DNA of 64,000 nt from Felis catus. Lineage: Eukaryota. Below are positions 1 through 12,656 of the stretch, piece by piece. Position 1 is the stretch's first letter. Each line of letters opens with the position of its first letter. The position numbers and the translations under genes were made by a program. The stretch is taken from contig NC_058368.1 in the NCBI RefSeq assembly GCF_018350175.1, forward strand, positions 153,142,001 through 153,206,000. Direction: 5' to 3'. The notes under the pieces are model-generated. The model made no database searches, was not told the DNA's origin, and saw only the letters and a list, made by a program, of their open reading frames with translations.

Positions 1-812
1 TACTATGTCCCTGGGTAACACTTTTTCCTGTTTAAATCTATGCTTTTTGCTTAGCCTTCCTTTTCCTTTTCATGGTGCTGTGGTTGCCATCCCTCATGAT
101 AGCCTCCTTTCCTAGTCCACAATCTCCCTTTCCACCTCTGAACACAACTTCTCTCTCTCTCTCTCCCAGTTCTTTGCTCCTACTTGTTCTTCATTCTCAC
201 TGTGACCTCCCTTCCCTCAACCTTGTGATGGGACAGTCCCAAGAATATTTTCACTGGCACTTTTGATTTCTTCACCAATTTGGCTCCCTCCTTGAGCAAT
301 TTTGCCCATCACTGGTCCAGTCTATGCCACACACTTGTCTCCTTGTTATTAACCAATTAGTGCTACTCTGTAGTGGAAACGAGTTTATTGTGAGTAACCT
401 TAACTGAGCCACCTCTGCATCTCAAAAATCATTTGGATTATCTTTCATTGATCTTTAAGTAATCTTTGAAACAGATTTCACTGCCCCTAAGTTTTGTGCT
501 TAATATCTTCTACTCTCACTCTCTGCAAGGTGTGAACACAGCATGATGCTGTCTCACTAACCTGTCCTTATTTTTATCTGATCATTTATCTTTGTTGCCT
601 CCCCTCTTTGCCACTTTCCTCCCATTTTAGGCAACTCATTTTCACCAAAGCTAACCTTCTGGATTGTGTCCTTTATCTGTTCTTCCTTTTCTTAGAACTT
701 GCTTCATTAAATTTTCCACAATCGCCTTACCTCTTAAGTATCTCCCTCTCCTCTGGGTCTCTCCTCTCCGTCTAAAAACATGCATCACTTTTCACTGACT
801 TAAAAGAGCTTA

Positions 813-986
813 GGGGTGTCTGGGTGGCCCAGTCTGTTATTAAGCATCTAACTCTTGGTTTGGGATCAGGTAATGATGTCACAGTTTGTGAGTTCAAGCC
901 CCACATCAGGCTGTGTGCTGGCAGCATGGAACCTGCTTGGGATTCTCTCTACCCCTCCCCTCAGTTCTGTCTCTTAAATAAACAAA

Positions 987-1021
<35 letters not shown>

Positions 1022-1022
1022 A
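813..1022 (+). mobile_element. Can-SINE (older), (AAAT)n tail
   Basis: GGGGTGTCTGGGTGGCCCAG head, GAGTTCAAGCCC B box, CT tract, AAAT tail. Confidence 0.9.
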
Positions 1023-1039
1023 GTTACCCACAATGCCTT

Positions 1040-1330
1040 ATCACGTTACTTCCCTGACTCTCTCCTTCACCAACCAGTTTCTTGAAGAATACTACTTCCT
1101 GTACTCCTCACCTTCTGTTAACTGCCAAGCCTTGAGACTACATTGCTTATTCTCTTTCATTCATCACCTATATAACTTTGGACACCAGATCTACTGACCT
1201 GTCTCCTCTTGTCCTTATCCTACACTCTTCCACATAGATCAGTACTGATAACCACAACTTAACTGAATATAGTTCATCTCCCTTGGTTTTTATGATTCTC
1301 TCTTCTTTTTTTCCTGCGAAATCCCAGGCC
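1040..1330 (+). mobile_element. L2 relic
   Basis: Pyrimidine-rich decayed L2-like text; recognised by eye only. Confidence 0.4.
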
Positions 1331-1697
1331 ATGCGTCATTCTTCTTGAGATTCACAACTATGGAGTATAAATGGTTTCTAGGGATTGCTTTTGCCTTTTT
1401 CATTATCATAGTGGTAATTTTCAAATCTGTCAGCTTGAGCCCAACTTCTCTTCCCAACTTCTTCCCAAATAATATCTTGTCCTCAGGAAGTACAAAAATT
1501 GTCATCGGCTTTGTTTTTCTGCCTTCCCCAACTGCTCTGATCTCTATGTTATTCTTTCTTCTTCCTTTTCTTCTTCCTTTTAATCCTTTTCTTATTTTCC
1601 TAACTGAAGCCTGTGCAATTTCTTTTAACTCCACAGTCATAGACTTTTAGGTCAATAGTTGTCAAATATGACCAATTATCAAAATTAGACTTTCAGA

Positions 1698-1918
1698 GGG
1701 GTGCCTGGGTGGCTCAGTCAGTTAAGCGACCAACTTCGGCTCAGGTCATGATCTCACAGCTTCTGAGTTTGAGCCCTGCGTTGGGCTCTGTGCTGACAGC
1801 TCATAGCCTGGACTCTGCTTTGGATTCTGTGACTCCCTCTCTGTCTGCCCTTACTCCCACACATGCTCGCTCTCTCTCTCTCTCTCAAAAATAAACATTT
1901 AAAAAAATAATTTAAAAA
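1698..1918 (+). mobile_element. Can-SINE (felid type)
   Basis: Full head/body/tail; TSD AAAATTAGACTTTCAGA 1681-1697 and 1919-1935. Confidence 0.95.
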
Positions 1919-1935
1919 AAAATTAGACTTTCAGA

Positions 1936-2035
1936 GGGACACCTGGCGGGCTTAGTCGGTAGAGCCTGCTACTGTTGAGCCCAGGGTTATGAGTTCAAGC
2001 CCCACATTGGGTGCAGAGCCTAATTAAAAAAAAAA
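1936..2035 (+). mobile_element. Short Can-SINE (tRNA head + A tail)
   Basis: GGGACACCTGGCGGGCTTAGTCGGTAGAGC...GAGTTCAAGCCCCAC...A tail. Confidence 0.88.
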
Positions 2036-2199
2036 GTCAGATTTTCAAAAATGATGCTTTAATGAGTCTCCCTGCAGACATGCTGAATTAGAATCTTCAG
2101 TAAAGTCCTAATATCTGCATAATTTTGAAGTTTCTCATTGGTTTGTGATTTGGGGGTATGACTAGATTCTATTTCGGTAACATTTTTGTGTCCTCTCCT

Positions 2200-2720
2200 T
2201 TGTGGTGGCCTCTCCTCTGCCGTTCCCTTGCCTCAGGCCTTCATTATCTCCCCCTTTGACCACAGCAGTAGTTGCCTAACCGGTGTCCTTGCCTGCAGCA
2301 GTCTCTCCGCCAATCTATTTACTTTCCTTTGAGATTAAGCTTTGTTTTGATAAGGCCACACCTCTTTCTCAGAAATTTTAAATGGCTTTCATTTCCTATA
2401 AAATAATTCTGTATTGCTAACCTAGCCCTCAAGATGCCTTCACCATGTAGTGCTACAAACATTCTCCTCATTAAGCACCTTCTTTGACCTTTAATTCCAG
2501 TCGGAAAGACTAATTTACACTAATTTATGCATTTGCCTCTTTCGGCTCTCTTTTGGCTGTTCCCAGTACGTTAATCTCAATACTTAACGTGCTGAAATAG
2601 ATCTCATCTTCAAGGCCCACCTGAAATTCCTTCCCCTTCTCAATACTATCAGTGGGAGTTAACTGCTGCCTTCCCTGGGTTTTTTTGTAACTTGGTCTCT
2701 CTCTTCTAATACTTATCTTC
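2200..2720 (+). mobile_element. L2 relic (3' region)
   Basis: CAGGCCTTCATTATCTC...TGACCACAGCAGTAGTTGCCTAACCGGTGTCCTTGCC and TCTTCAAGGCCCACCTGAAAT resemble L2 consensus. Confidence 0.6.
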
Positions 2721-2734
2721 TACCTTTTAATATA

Positions 2735-2795
2735 GGGTGTGTGTGGGGGGGGGTGTGGGTGTAGGTGTGTGGGTGGGTGGGTGGGTGGGTGTGTG
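2735..2795 (+). repeat. (GT)/(GGGT)n G-rich microsatellite, G-quadruplex-capable
   Basis: G9 run plus (GGGT)5 at 2771-2790. Confidence 0.9.
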
Positions 2796-2919
2796 CTATT
2801 TGAAGGAATATGCATATGTAATTCATCCTCTTATCTGTCACATTTTATCTAATATATTTTTGATGCTTGCTAAAACATATTTCTTGAATAACAAGCAATA
2901 GCCAAAATGTACATAACAC

Positions 2920-3105
2920 TGCTCAAAGTGTTATGCATTTTAACCATTTAATTCTCCCTAGATACACAAGACGTTATTTGGCAGATACTAATATGATTGT
3001 CACTTTACTGATGAGGAACTTGTGTCTCAGAGCAGTGAAGTGACTTACCAAGGTCACACAACTGGTAAATGGCCTTCAAGTAGTCTGACTCCGGAGTCCT
3101 TGCTC
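2920..3105 (-). mobile_element. MIR
   Basis: CACTTTACTGATGAGGAACTTGTGTCTCAGAGCAGTGAAGTGACTTACCAAGGTCACACA core. Confidence 0.8.
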
Positions 3106-3865
3106 ATATAGCTGCAGTTCTGCCTTTTTTATGAATAAATCCCACCCAATCAAACTCAGTGCATGCTTTTTTAAAAAAAAAAAAAAATGTAATTTGCCAA
3201 GGGCCCATATTCAAAACAGATCTTTTTCTTTTAATGGAATTTGACAGAAGCAAATTGTAAAATTTATTATAAATAACCTCAGGAAAGTAAATGATGTGAT
3301 TTATAATTAGGATGCACCAACTTACAGAAAGAAGTAGATGTTGGATTGGAGGAAAGACTGAGGTTGTTGAAGAACAATTTGAAGCCCTATTGCACAGTTC
3401 TATAAAGATAGTGTAAATCAGTGTTGTAAATTAACAAGTCATTGAAATGAACAATTTTTGATCCTTACACTCATTTAATTATACAATTTCTAAGAAGTGT
3501 GGTGATTCCCTCTCTCCTGAGAAAGGAGAGGGAAATTCCAGAGTATTTGCAAATAAACACTCATTCTGTGGTTATATTAAAGCTGCTTTATCAACCAGGA
3601 AAAAAAATTTGGTTTTTTACAAATGCGTTTCACAAAATTCCACCTGGTTAAAAAAAAAGAAAGTAACAAATGGATAGAAACAAACAGAAACTGTAGCAGG
3701 ACCTGTCTAGTAAAGACAGAATCGAATAGTAAAAATGTCTCCTTTTGGGGACTTGGGAAGCACAGTGGCCAAAAAAACTGTATGGCTGCTCTTTCATTAG
3801 TCTTATCTACTAATGCCAAAACGATGCTACCTAGAGTTAAATAAAATTCCAGTGCTCTCACTCTT

Positions 3866-4374
3866 TTTTTGCCCCTAAGGAAGGGAGATTTAATTTTAAA
3901 AAAATTTTATTTGAGTATATTTGACACACAATGTTACATTAGTTTCAGGTGTAGGACATAGTGATTCAGTTTCTCTATACATTATGCTGTGCTCACCACA
4001 GACTTAGCTACCATCTGTCACCATGCAAGTCTATAAGTATCATTGATTACACTCCCTATGCAGTAACTTTTATTCCTATGACTTATTCATCCAGAAACTG
4101 AAAGCCTCTACCTCCCAATCCCCTTCTCCCATTTTGCCCATCTTCCTACCCACCTCCCCTCTGGCATCCATCAGTTTGTTCTCGGGTTTAATAGATCTGT
4201 ATCTGCTTTTTGTTTGTCTGTTTATTCATTTGTTTGGTTGTTTAGATTCCACATGTAAGTTAAATCATACGTCTTTCTCAGTCTGATTTAATTTCACTTA
4301 GTATGCTACCCTCTAGGCACATCTGTGTTGTTGTAGATGGCAAGATCTCATCCTTTTTATGGCTATTTAATATT

Positions 4375-4411
<37 letters not shown>

Positions 4412-4431
4412 CTCCCACATCTTCTTCTTTA
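3866..4431 (-). mobile_element. Carnivore L1 3' end, 5'-truncated, with (TG)n and a short 3' tag
   Basis: L1 3'UTR/ORF2 end (ORF 4278..4472 shows KKDEILPSTTTQMCLEGSILSEI); TSD TCCAGTGCTCT(C/T)ACTCTT 3848-3865 and 4432-4449. Confidence 0.92.
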
Positions 4432-5150
4432 TCCAGTGCTCTTACTCTTAAAAAAAAAAAATGTGGAAACATAATTTTGAGCCTAGGACAAAATTTGCTA
4501 CTAATATCAGATACCCATGAATCAGTCTAACCATTAACAATTTGAATTCCCAATGAAAGAGGAGAAAAAGAGAAAAAAGGTTGGAATTAAGATCTCACAG
4601 ATTTTAAGCTGTCCATATGACATTACAAATATGTAATACACATATGACAAATATACAAAGAAATTTTAATGGTATATCATTGGGTACAAATCACTTTGGT
4701 CACTAATATAAAAACATTATCCGTATTGATGTTACTGTCGTCTTGGATAGCCTCCTTCTCTGTAAATGGTACACATGGCATCCAATCTGGATATTGCCTT
4801 TCTTTCTTAAACACAATGGTTCCTCTTATTTTCTCTGTAAGGGCTTGGTCCAAGGTTGTTAGTAAGAATAAGCAATAAGATATTAGTTTACTTCCACATG
4901 GATAAAATTCCTGGCCACACCTGTGGGTACTGTGCCATTGCTTACATGAACAATGATAAGCCTGTGTGTAACGCAGATATTATACCACTTTATGGTCTGT
5001 TATTATTGTGTATACCTGCACACAGCTCTGTATGTGGGTTTTGTGTTAGTTTTCTCTACTTACAGATATTATTTAACAACAGAGCGTAAGTAATATCCTC
5101 AAAGCTTTTGTGAAATACATTACATCATTTTGAAGATGAGACAATGCCCT

Positions 5151-5345
5151 AGGGCACCTGGGTGGCTCAATAGGTTAAGCGTCCCTTTTTGACTCAGGTC
5201 ATGAACTCACTATTTGTGAGTTGGAGCCCTGTGTCAGGGTTTTTGCTGTCCACACAGAGCCCACTTCAGATCCTCTGCCTCACTCTCTCTCTGCACCGCC
5301 CCCCAACCAGAATAAATAAACACATTAAAAAAAAAAAAAAAAAAA
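5151..5345 (+). mobile_element. Can-SINE
   Basis: Head, body and long A tail; TSD AGACAATGCCCT on both sides. Confidence 0.93.
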
Positions 5346-6978
5346 AGACCAGACAATGCCCTGATAATCTGATAGCCATAGGAAGAAGAGATGCAATTAA
5401 TCACATTGACAGAGAAGATCCAAAGGATTTAACTCAAGTAGAATTTTTAGAATAGTGACATGGCAAACAAAATAAAAATAAAGTAAAATTTTAAATTCGT
5501 GTTACAGTTTTGCAATGTGATAGCTAGAGAACCAAATTAAAGGAAATAAGTGTGAGGTCAGCTGGCATTTATCCAGATTGAGGGTCTACCAGAAAACAAT
5601 TCTGGAACTGACATATTTAACACACTGTAAAAATATTTTCTTGAACACATCTTTAGTATTAATTTTTATGAGACATTGTGTCAGAATTGACTCAAGACTT
5701 CAGTGTTGAATGTGAGCCTGTTAACTCTTAATGACTACTGTGTGGTGTCCTATCAAACCATCTGTAAAATATAACTGGCTATTCATGGCCAAATACATAG
5801 TAACCTAATTTCCAAAAATTATGAGGCCATATAGTAAGATTCAAAATATAGATGTAAGCAGGTTGAAAGACACATTGTATATTTTCATAGTATTATAGAA
5901 GCTAAATGTGTTGGAAATTGCTGTTAGGTGTCTGAGCATGCCTGGGGATGAGTGTTTTGAACTCTTTAATGGCTGAGTAACTGGTAGTGTAGTTAGTAAA
6001 CTAGGTTAAGCCAGTCTTCAGTTGTTAGTTGGCTGGCTTCATGTTTGTTCTAGACCTCCTAAAAACTTCTGTCATAATGTCATTGTGTGAAATGTTTATG
6101 AAGTGTGTTAAAAATCACTATGTTGGCTGTGAACCCAAGTGATAATTCTCCCCATAGTTCCAAGACATCTTCCTCACAAGAAGAAAACAGACCATGTAAC
6201 ATTTTCCTTAAATATCACAGACCTATTTGACACCCCCCCCCCCCCAGGAGGATATTATCTGGGAACTTTGAAGTACATGGTTCAAATGGAATTACTCTAA
6301 TAACAGTTTGTGCAAGGTCCATGTGGGTATGTCTCATCTAACTTGATTATTCTCCTTAGATTCAAAATTATAGTCTGCAAATTGAAAATTATATATAGCT
6401 TTTGCAAGGCGAGACCATAATTCTAGGCTTGTACTATTTTTTTTTCATTCCCAATAAATCACACTCAAAGTAGGCCTGACACTGGACTGTCCTTTAGCAT
6501 CCAGGGCAGCCCTAAGTCAGCTGGTGACAAAGTACCGTTATTTAGGTTCTCAGAGACCTTGAGACTCCTCTGAAAACCTGTTCACATTCCTCCTCTCTGC
6601 CTCTGGAAAATATACTCTAGATCAATATTGATTAACTCTCTTTTCTGCCTACAGATCCATTTTTTCACCTGTACAGATCCTTCCAAATTAGGCTTGCTTT
6701 CTTCACCTATCAGTTAAGGGTCCGGGTAAATCCGTGTCCAAAGGTGGTATGTGTAGGCTCCCACTATTAGTTGTGTTTGCTGTACCCATTGTCTAAGATG
6801 TCCTGCAGGCTACTTACATTACCTTCCAGAGTTGAAGTTTATTCTTGTGAATCACAATACCTTCTTGAGATTCATTGCCATCAGTTTTAAGTGGGATTGG
6901 ATGGGTTAGACTAGAATAGAAAGGGGAGAGGGAAGAGAATAGAAGACACTGAGAGGTCCATTTTAAATAGGCTGGTAA

Positions 6979-7099
6979 GGGGGTGCCTGGGTGGTTCATT
7001 CGATTAAGTGTCTGACTCTTGATTTTGGCTCAGGTTGTGGTCTCACAGTTGTGAGTTGGAGCCCGCATCGGACTCAGGGCTCACAGCGCAGAGCTTCAT

Positions 7100-7149
<50 letters not shown>

Positions 7150-7220
7150 CCTCCCCACTCACACTTGCTCTCTCTTTGTCTCTCTCTGTCTCAAAAATGA
7201 ATAATTGTTAAAAATTTTTT
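6979..7220 (+). mobile_element. Can-SINE with expanded (CT)n
   Basis: Head GGGGGTGCCTGGGTGG, (CT)n 7103-7146, TSD-like AAATAGGCT. Confidence 0.92.
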
Positions 7221-7234
7221 AAATAGGCTTGGCA

Positions 7235-7323
7235 GGGGAGCACCTGGGTGGCTCTGTTGGTTAAGCGTCCAACCTTGTCTCAGGCCAAGATCTCATGGTC
7301 ATAATGGTCATAATGGTCATGAG
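7235..7323 (+). mobile_element. 3'-truncated Can-SINE head
   Basis: GGGGAGCACCTGGGTGGCTCTGTTGGTTAAGCGTCC..., stops before the B box after (ATGGTCATA)x3. Confidence 0.85.
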
Positions 7324-7645
7324 AATAAGGATGATAGTGGGTAAGGCTTACTGAGCTTGTGCTTTGTGCCAGGTTGTGTGCCAAGTGCTTTAACGTGGAT
7401 GGTTCCCCCCCACACGTCCCATGTGGTGCAGCACATGAGGGGAAATGAGGCATGGGGTCAATCTATGTGAATGGTTGTACTAGTACCAGGAAGAAAGAGA
7501 AAGTCTGAGAGGAAGGGGAATCTCCAGACCTGGGATTATAGAGCTCAAGGGACATGGAGGTGCACATTTGGAAATTGCTGTCCCTAAGGTGCTCATTGAA
7601 AGAAAGTGACTGTGGAGATTATGAATTTAGAAAGGATGCCTAAGA

Positions 7646-7864
7646 GGGGCACCTGGGTGGCTCAGTTGGTTAAGCATCCGACTTCGGCTCAGGTCATGAT
7701 CTCGCAGTCCATGAGTTCTAGCCCCGCGTCGGGCTCTGTGCTGACAGCACAGAGCCTGGAGCCTGCTTCAGATTCTGTGTCTCCCTCTCTCTGACCCTCC
7801 CCCGTTCATGCTCTGTCTCTCTCTGTCTGAAAAATAAATAAACGTTAAAAAAAATAAAAAAGAA
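7646..7864 (+). mobile_element. Can-SINE (felid type)
   Basis: Perfect TSD AGAAAGGATGCCTAAGA 7629-7645 and 7865-7881. Confidence 0.96.
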
Positions 7865-8991
7865 AGAAAGGATGCCTAAGAAAAGTGAAGAACCTGGCAT
7901 ATAGCGGAGAGCAGAGATGTGCAAAGTCTAGCCTGCTGCGACAAACATTTAAGAGCTCTTAAAAACCCCTTTAGAGAACAGGGAAACCAAGTCCTGTGGC
8001 TCCTGTCTCCAGATTCTGTTGTAAGTGTTTGTAGATTCATGATCTGTTCTACCCACAGTATCCTAATGCTGATTTGGCAGTTCTGTGAACTGTGTGCCCT
8101 GTTGTATTCTTCCAGGACTTTTGGTTTATTTGCTGAGAACACTGGTAGGTGACTGCATTGTGGGGTTAGTGTTGTCCCTTGTTAAGAAAGCTTAAGAACA
8201 CAATTAATATGTTCTCACCAATAAATGGGTCAGATCAATGAAATTTCTCTGCCTCCAAGTATCTGCTAATTTCAGAATAAAAGGCCCATAATTTAGAAAT
8301 AAGGCCTTTCTATACCTTGTTTTCAATTACCTTTTTTTCTCGTTTAAAAATAATACATGCCTGTTGTTGGAAATAGCCCCATAAATATCTTAAATCTACA
8401 CATTATTTCACAGCTGCATTCCTTGTTTTACATTGATGAGTTTGTTTTAGTAGCACATCCAAATTGTTAGAATCAGAAGGTCAGTGAGGTAAAATTAAAA
8501 CAAGTACTTTAGAAGATTGTAAACACAGAATAAATTTCAGCCTCATGTAAATGAGGTGTGATTTCCATAATAAAGCCATTATTGTTGTCACTGGTGCATA
8601 GCAATAAAGCCAAGGCTGCAATTACAAAGAGAAGAGATAATACAGCACCATACTTTCTTTAAAAATGGCAATTAAATTCATTGAAATCATATTTTCCACT
8701 AAAACATAAAGAGATTTTATGTATTCTCAGTGGAATCTACAAAATCCCATAAGTAGACTTTCTTAATGATGGTAAGTACTAAATGACATATCCACTTGCT
8801 GATTTTTTTTCCTTTCCACAAGTAATTTCTTTCACTAAAACCTTTTCAGACTACTTCGTTTTTCACATTAATGACTCCGTGCTAATTTAAGTATTTAAAT
8901 CAAGTACTTTGAGGATTTGATTCTTTTTTTCCCTCCCTGTCATCGAACTTCATCTTCGCACCAGCCTATCTTTTTTAGCATGACCTTAACA

Positions 8992-9376
8992 AAAAATTGT
9001 AGTAAAATATACATAACACAAAATTTACCATTTTAACCATTTTTAAGCGTACAATTCAGTGGCAAAAAGTACGTTCACAATGTTGTGCACCCATCACCAC
9101 TATCCATTTCCAGAAGTTTTTCATCAACTCAAACATGAACTGTGTACCCGATAAACAGAATTTCCTGTTCCCCATTTTTCTCAGTCCCTGGTGACCTCTA
9201 TTCTACTTTCTGTCTAGAAGAATTTGCCTACTCCAGGCACCTCATGTAAATGGAATCCTACAATATTTGTCTGGCTTATTCTAATCAACATGTTTTCAAC
9301 ATTCATCCACATTGCAGCACATGTCAGAATTTCATTCCTTTTTAAGACTGAGTAATATTCCATCATATGTATATAC
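8992..9376 (-). mobile_element. Old L1 (L1MB-like) 3' end
   Basis: AAAATATACATAACACAAAATTTACCATTTTAACCATTTTTAAG...TTCATTCCTTTTTAAGACTGAGTAATATTCC typical of L1MB 3' ends. Confidence 0.85.
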
Positions 9377-9564
9377 AATAGCAACCATTTTCACTGCCAA
9401 CAAAATCACCACATAACTAATAGGCAATAAAGCAATTTGGCCGTAAAAGATAAAAGTCATGAAAAGTAAAAGAGGGCATTCATTAAGAAGAACATGATGA
9501 AATATGAAAAATGAATAGCAAAATTAAAAAGACCTTATTGTGAATACAAAATATTTTAATGCAT

Positions 9565-9673
9565 TTTATTTTTTATTTTTTTTACATGGGCTCCATGCCC
9601 AATGTGGGGCTTGAACCCATGACCCCAACATCAAGAGTCGCATGATGTACTGACTAAGCCAGCCAGGAACCCC
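9565..9673 (-). mobile_element. Short Can-SINE
   Basis: T tail, GGGGCTTGAAC, ...AGCCAGCCAGGAACCCC. Confidence 0.88.
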
Positions 9674-9689
9674 TGAATACATTTTATTA

Positions 9690-9886
9690 TTTTTTTGTGT
9701 GCTTTTTTTTTTTAAGTTTATTTCTTTATTTTGAGAGAGACAGAAATAGGCAAGCAGGAGAAAGGGCAGAGAAAGGGCGAGAGAGAGAGAATCCCAAGCA
9801 GGCTGTGTGCTGTCAGCTTGACCTCGTGAACAATGAAATCATGACCTGAGCTGAATGCTTAATAGACCGAGCCACCCAGGCCCCCC
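9690..9886 (-). mobile_element. Can-SINE
   Basis: T tail, GA tract, ATGACCTGAGC...GCCACCCAGGCCCCCC. Confidence 0.9.
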
Positions 9887-10723
9887 ATCTCTGAATACCT
9901 TTTAAATGTGTGTAGATTGCCTGAACAGGTATCAGGTTTTATTTTGTGGATTGTACCTAAGCATTTGTCTTCAGAGTCTTTCATTCATAGTGCCAGGCTT
10001 TTGTTTGTTTGTTAATTCATCTCCTTGTTCATCGTCACACTTTTTTTGTTTCACTAAAATTTCTTCCTTTATTAGCAGAGTTACCAGTTTCCAAACTCTA
10101 GGATGCATATTTGTAACTGAGCTTTGAAGTACATTGTAAAAGCCCTTCGACACTGTTGGTTATTGGCATAGTGTCACAGTTCACTGATAGACATCCTAAA
10201 GTTCTATAGGAAATGTTGGTTCAAAACTCGGTGCCAGTGTAGAGACCATTTTGAGGGCTAAGATTTATATAAAATGAGTGTAGTGTGTCAGTGGAAAAAT
10301 GAACCAAACCCTCAACCGTTTGTCTTTTTAACTTTGCTAAAATGTTTGCCCCCAAAATGCTTGCAGCAAAGATGTTTCTGGTGATAGTACCTAGAGCCAT
10401 TGAAGTTCTGTTTTCTAACAAATTCACCTGTAAACATAAGTTTCTAGTGTGGCCAGTTGTAAATACCTGTTTCGGTAAGCACTGACTTTTACAGTCAACA
10501 GAAAAGTTACTAGTCGTTCACCAAATGTGAAATGTCAGCTTCTGAAATATACAACCGATATGATTTTCACTAAGTGCAGCATTAACTTTCTGCTTACCAA
10601 ATGGAATTCCCAGTAGCTATTAGCATCACCCCCCCGCCACGTCTGTCCCCATCACCCACTCCCAACAGCCCTTTTCCCTGTGGTCAGTTACTCCAGGCCC
10701 CAAAGAGGGTGAAGGTACCTCCT

Positions 10724-10891
10724 CAGAGGTGGATTAGCATAAAGCTGATGAAGTTTAAGTTTTAGGGCCTCTCCCTTGCATATAGGCCCTTTCCAAGATT
10801 TTATGCCTAATTTTGCTTTTTGCAATTTTTTTTAAATATATCTCTTCAAGTTGTATGAACTTCAGGCCCACAAAATCTGGATGTACCCCTA
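10724..10891 (+). mobile_element. hAT-Tip100 DNA transposon relic (Arthur1/MER69-like)
   Basis: CAGAGGTGGATTAGCATAAAGCTGATGAAGTTTAAGTTTTAGGGCC...TTGTATGAACTTCAGGCCCACAAAATCTGGATGTACCCCT with imperfect terminal inverted repeats. Confidence 0.7.
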
Positions 10892-12151
10892 GATAGGTTT
10901 CTTCCACCTGAAATCATGTCCTCAGTGTTGTTGCACTGCTGAAAAACCAGCCTGGGGTTTATTGTTCAACTCGCTGAGTTATTTATGCCTGGCTTTCTTC
11001 CTTGCAGAGTTTCTGACCTGGGGTGCCAAGCCACCACACTTGTCTGCAGAGTTCCAGAAAAACATAGGCCTGGGTGTTTCTGGTCAGGCCCCTGTATGCT
11101 CTCTCAGCTCCCCCACTGAGCTCTGTCAGCACACAGCACTTGTTGGGCTAGACACTTTAGAGGAACATGAAGGCCAAATTTTGAAAATTGGGTTCCTAGT
11201 TGTCCATGCAGAGTATGCATGTCCTTTTGTACTCTGCACAGAGCCATAAATAGAATTTTGTACTTACACAGTGGAACAAAGAATGCAGTTGCCAGAGTTA
11301 ATACCTAATCTTTAAAAAATTTAATGAGTATAGCATAGGAAGTTTCCTAAATATTAGGGTATCTTGTCATTAGTAAAAATGAGCCTCTGGCCCTTTATCA
11401 AATTGTATGATTTCATTAAACAAAAATGAATTTTTATAAAATTTAAATAAATCTTAATATATTTTCCCCTGTCCTGCTGTAAGGCATTAATGACAAAGGA
11501 ATTATTCATCTGTATAAGCCATGTCTTATATTATTCTTATTTTCTCTGTGAAGTTATAATAACTCAGGCAATTTTATATTTTTTTATGAAGGGTATTTTT
11601 GGGAAGATACCAGCATACTGTCCTTTTAAAGGCTTTTTTCTCCTCAAAAAAAAAAAAAAAAGCTCAGGTTCTATTTTCCTCTTCCCCTCCCCTTTTCCCT
11701 TTCTTTCCTTTCTTTTGTCCTGTTTCTTTTTTTGCCTTTCCCTTCCCTTCTCAAAGAATTCCATCCTAAAGCCCTCTTCACAATTACCATCCACAGGAAG
11801 ATGTTCAAGCATGGAGTGTGGGAACCCTGTTCGTTATGAGGGGGGCATCTGTGTGAGGGATGGGGTACAGCCCAGCTTGAGATGTCAGAACCCAAATAAG
11901 CTTGAGGGGTCATCTGTGCAAGAGAAGGAATAACAGCACCCAGAGATTAGATACAATCAACTAAGGCAATTGGTTAAATAGATAAATATATTAAGAATAA
12001 CGAGAACTAGATTTCTTAACAACAGACAAGAGATTTACACAAATTAAAGGAAAAAAGTGAGAATTAACCCTGTGGTTTGGATTGGATTTGGAAATATTAG
12101 TGTGAACTAATCATGTTCATTATATAGAAATAGCTACAGTAATCTAGATGT

Positions 12152-12183
<32 letters not shown>

Positions 12184-12510
12184 TCATATGTGTACCTACA
12201 TAGATTCTCTAGCTCTGTCTACAGAGAGGCTTAGGAGCAGAAACACCCCAATAATAGCAAGCATATTGACCACCTAATCTTGGTTTCTAAATGCCATTCT
12301 CCCCAAAAAGAAACCAGAACTGGATCAGGGAAAGTACAAGATAAGTTTGAAACATCTTGTTGGGCCAGAAATCAAGGAAGTACTTACAGAATCATGAGAA
12401 CATAACAAAAGGCACAAAGGGCACAGATGCCATCTTATCTTGCAAGGGCTTCCATTAATCAAATTCAGGATAATTTGGGCATCAAAATGATAGTAGTCAG
12501 TAATAACCCT

Positions 12511-12656
12511 TTTTTCAAGTTTATTTATTTATTTTGAGAGAGACAGGGACAGCACGAGTGGAGGAGGGGAGACAAGGCTCAAACCCATGAACCGTGAGAT
12601 CATGACCTGAGGAAATCAAGTCAGACACTTAAGCTACTAAGCTACGCAGGCACCCC
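12511..12656 (-). mobile_element. Can-SINE, internally deleted
   Basis: TSD AATAACCCTT on both sides; ...CAGGCACCCC head. Confidence 0.9.

Noticed and set aside
1290..1650. Overlapping antisense ORFs of 116 and 101 aa
   Set aside because: Low-complexity products of a pyrimidine-rich decayed-repeat tract; no homology or splice support.
2565..2593. 10-bp hairpin AGTACGTTAA...TTAACGTGCT
   Set aside because: Short, imperfect and inside an L2 relic; compatible with chance in 64 kb.
11490..11933. 147-aa ORF
   Set aside because: Driven by T/C- and A-rich low-complexity tracts next to an old L1; no recognisable product.
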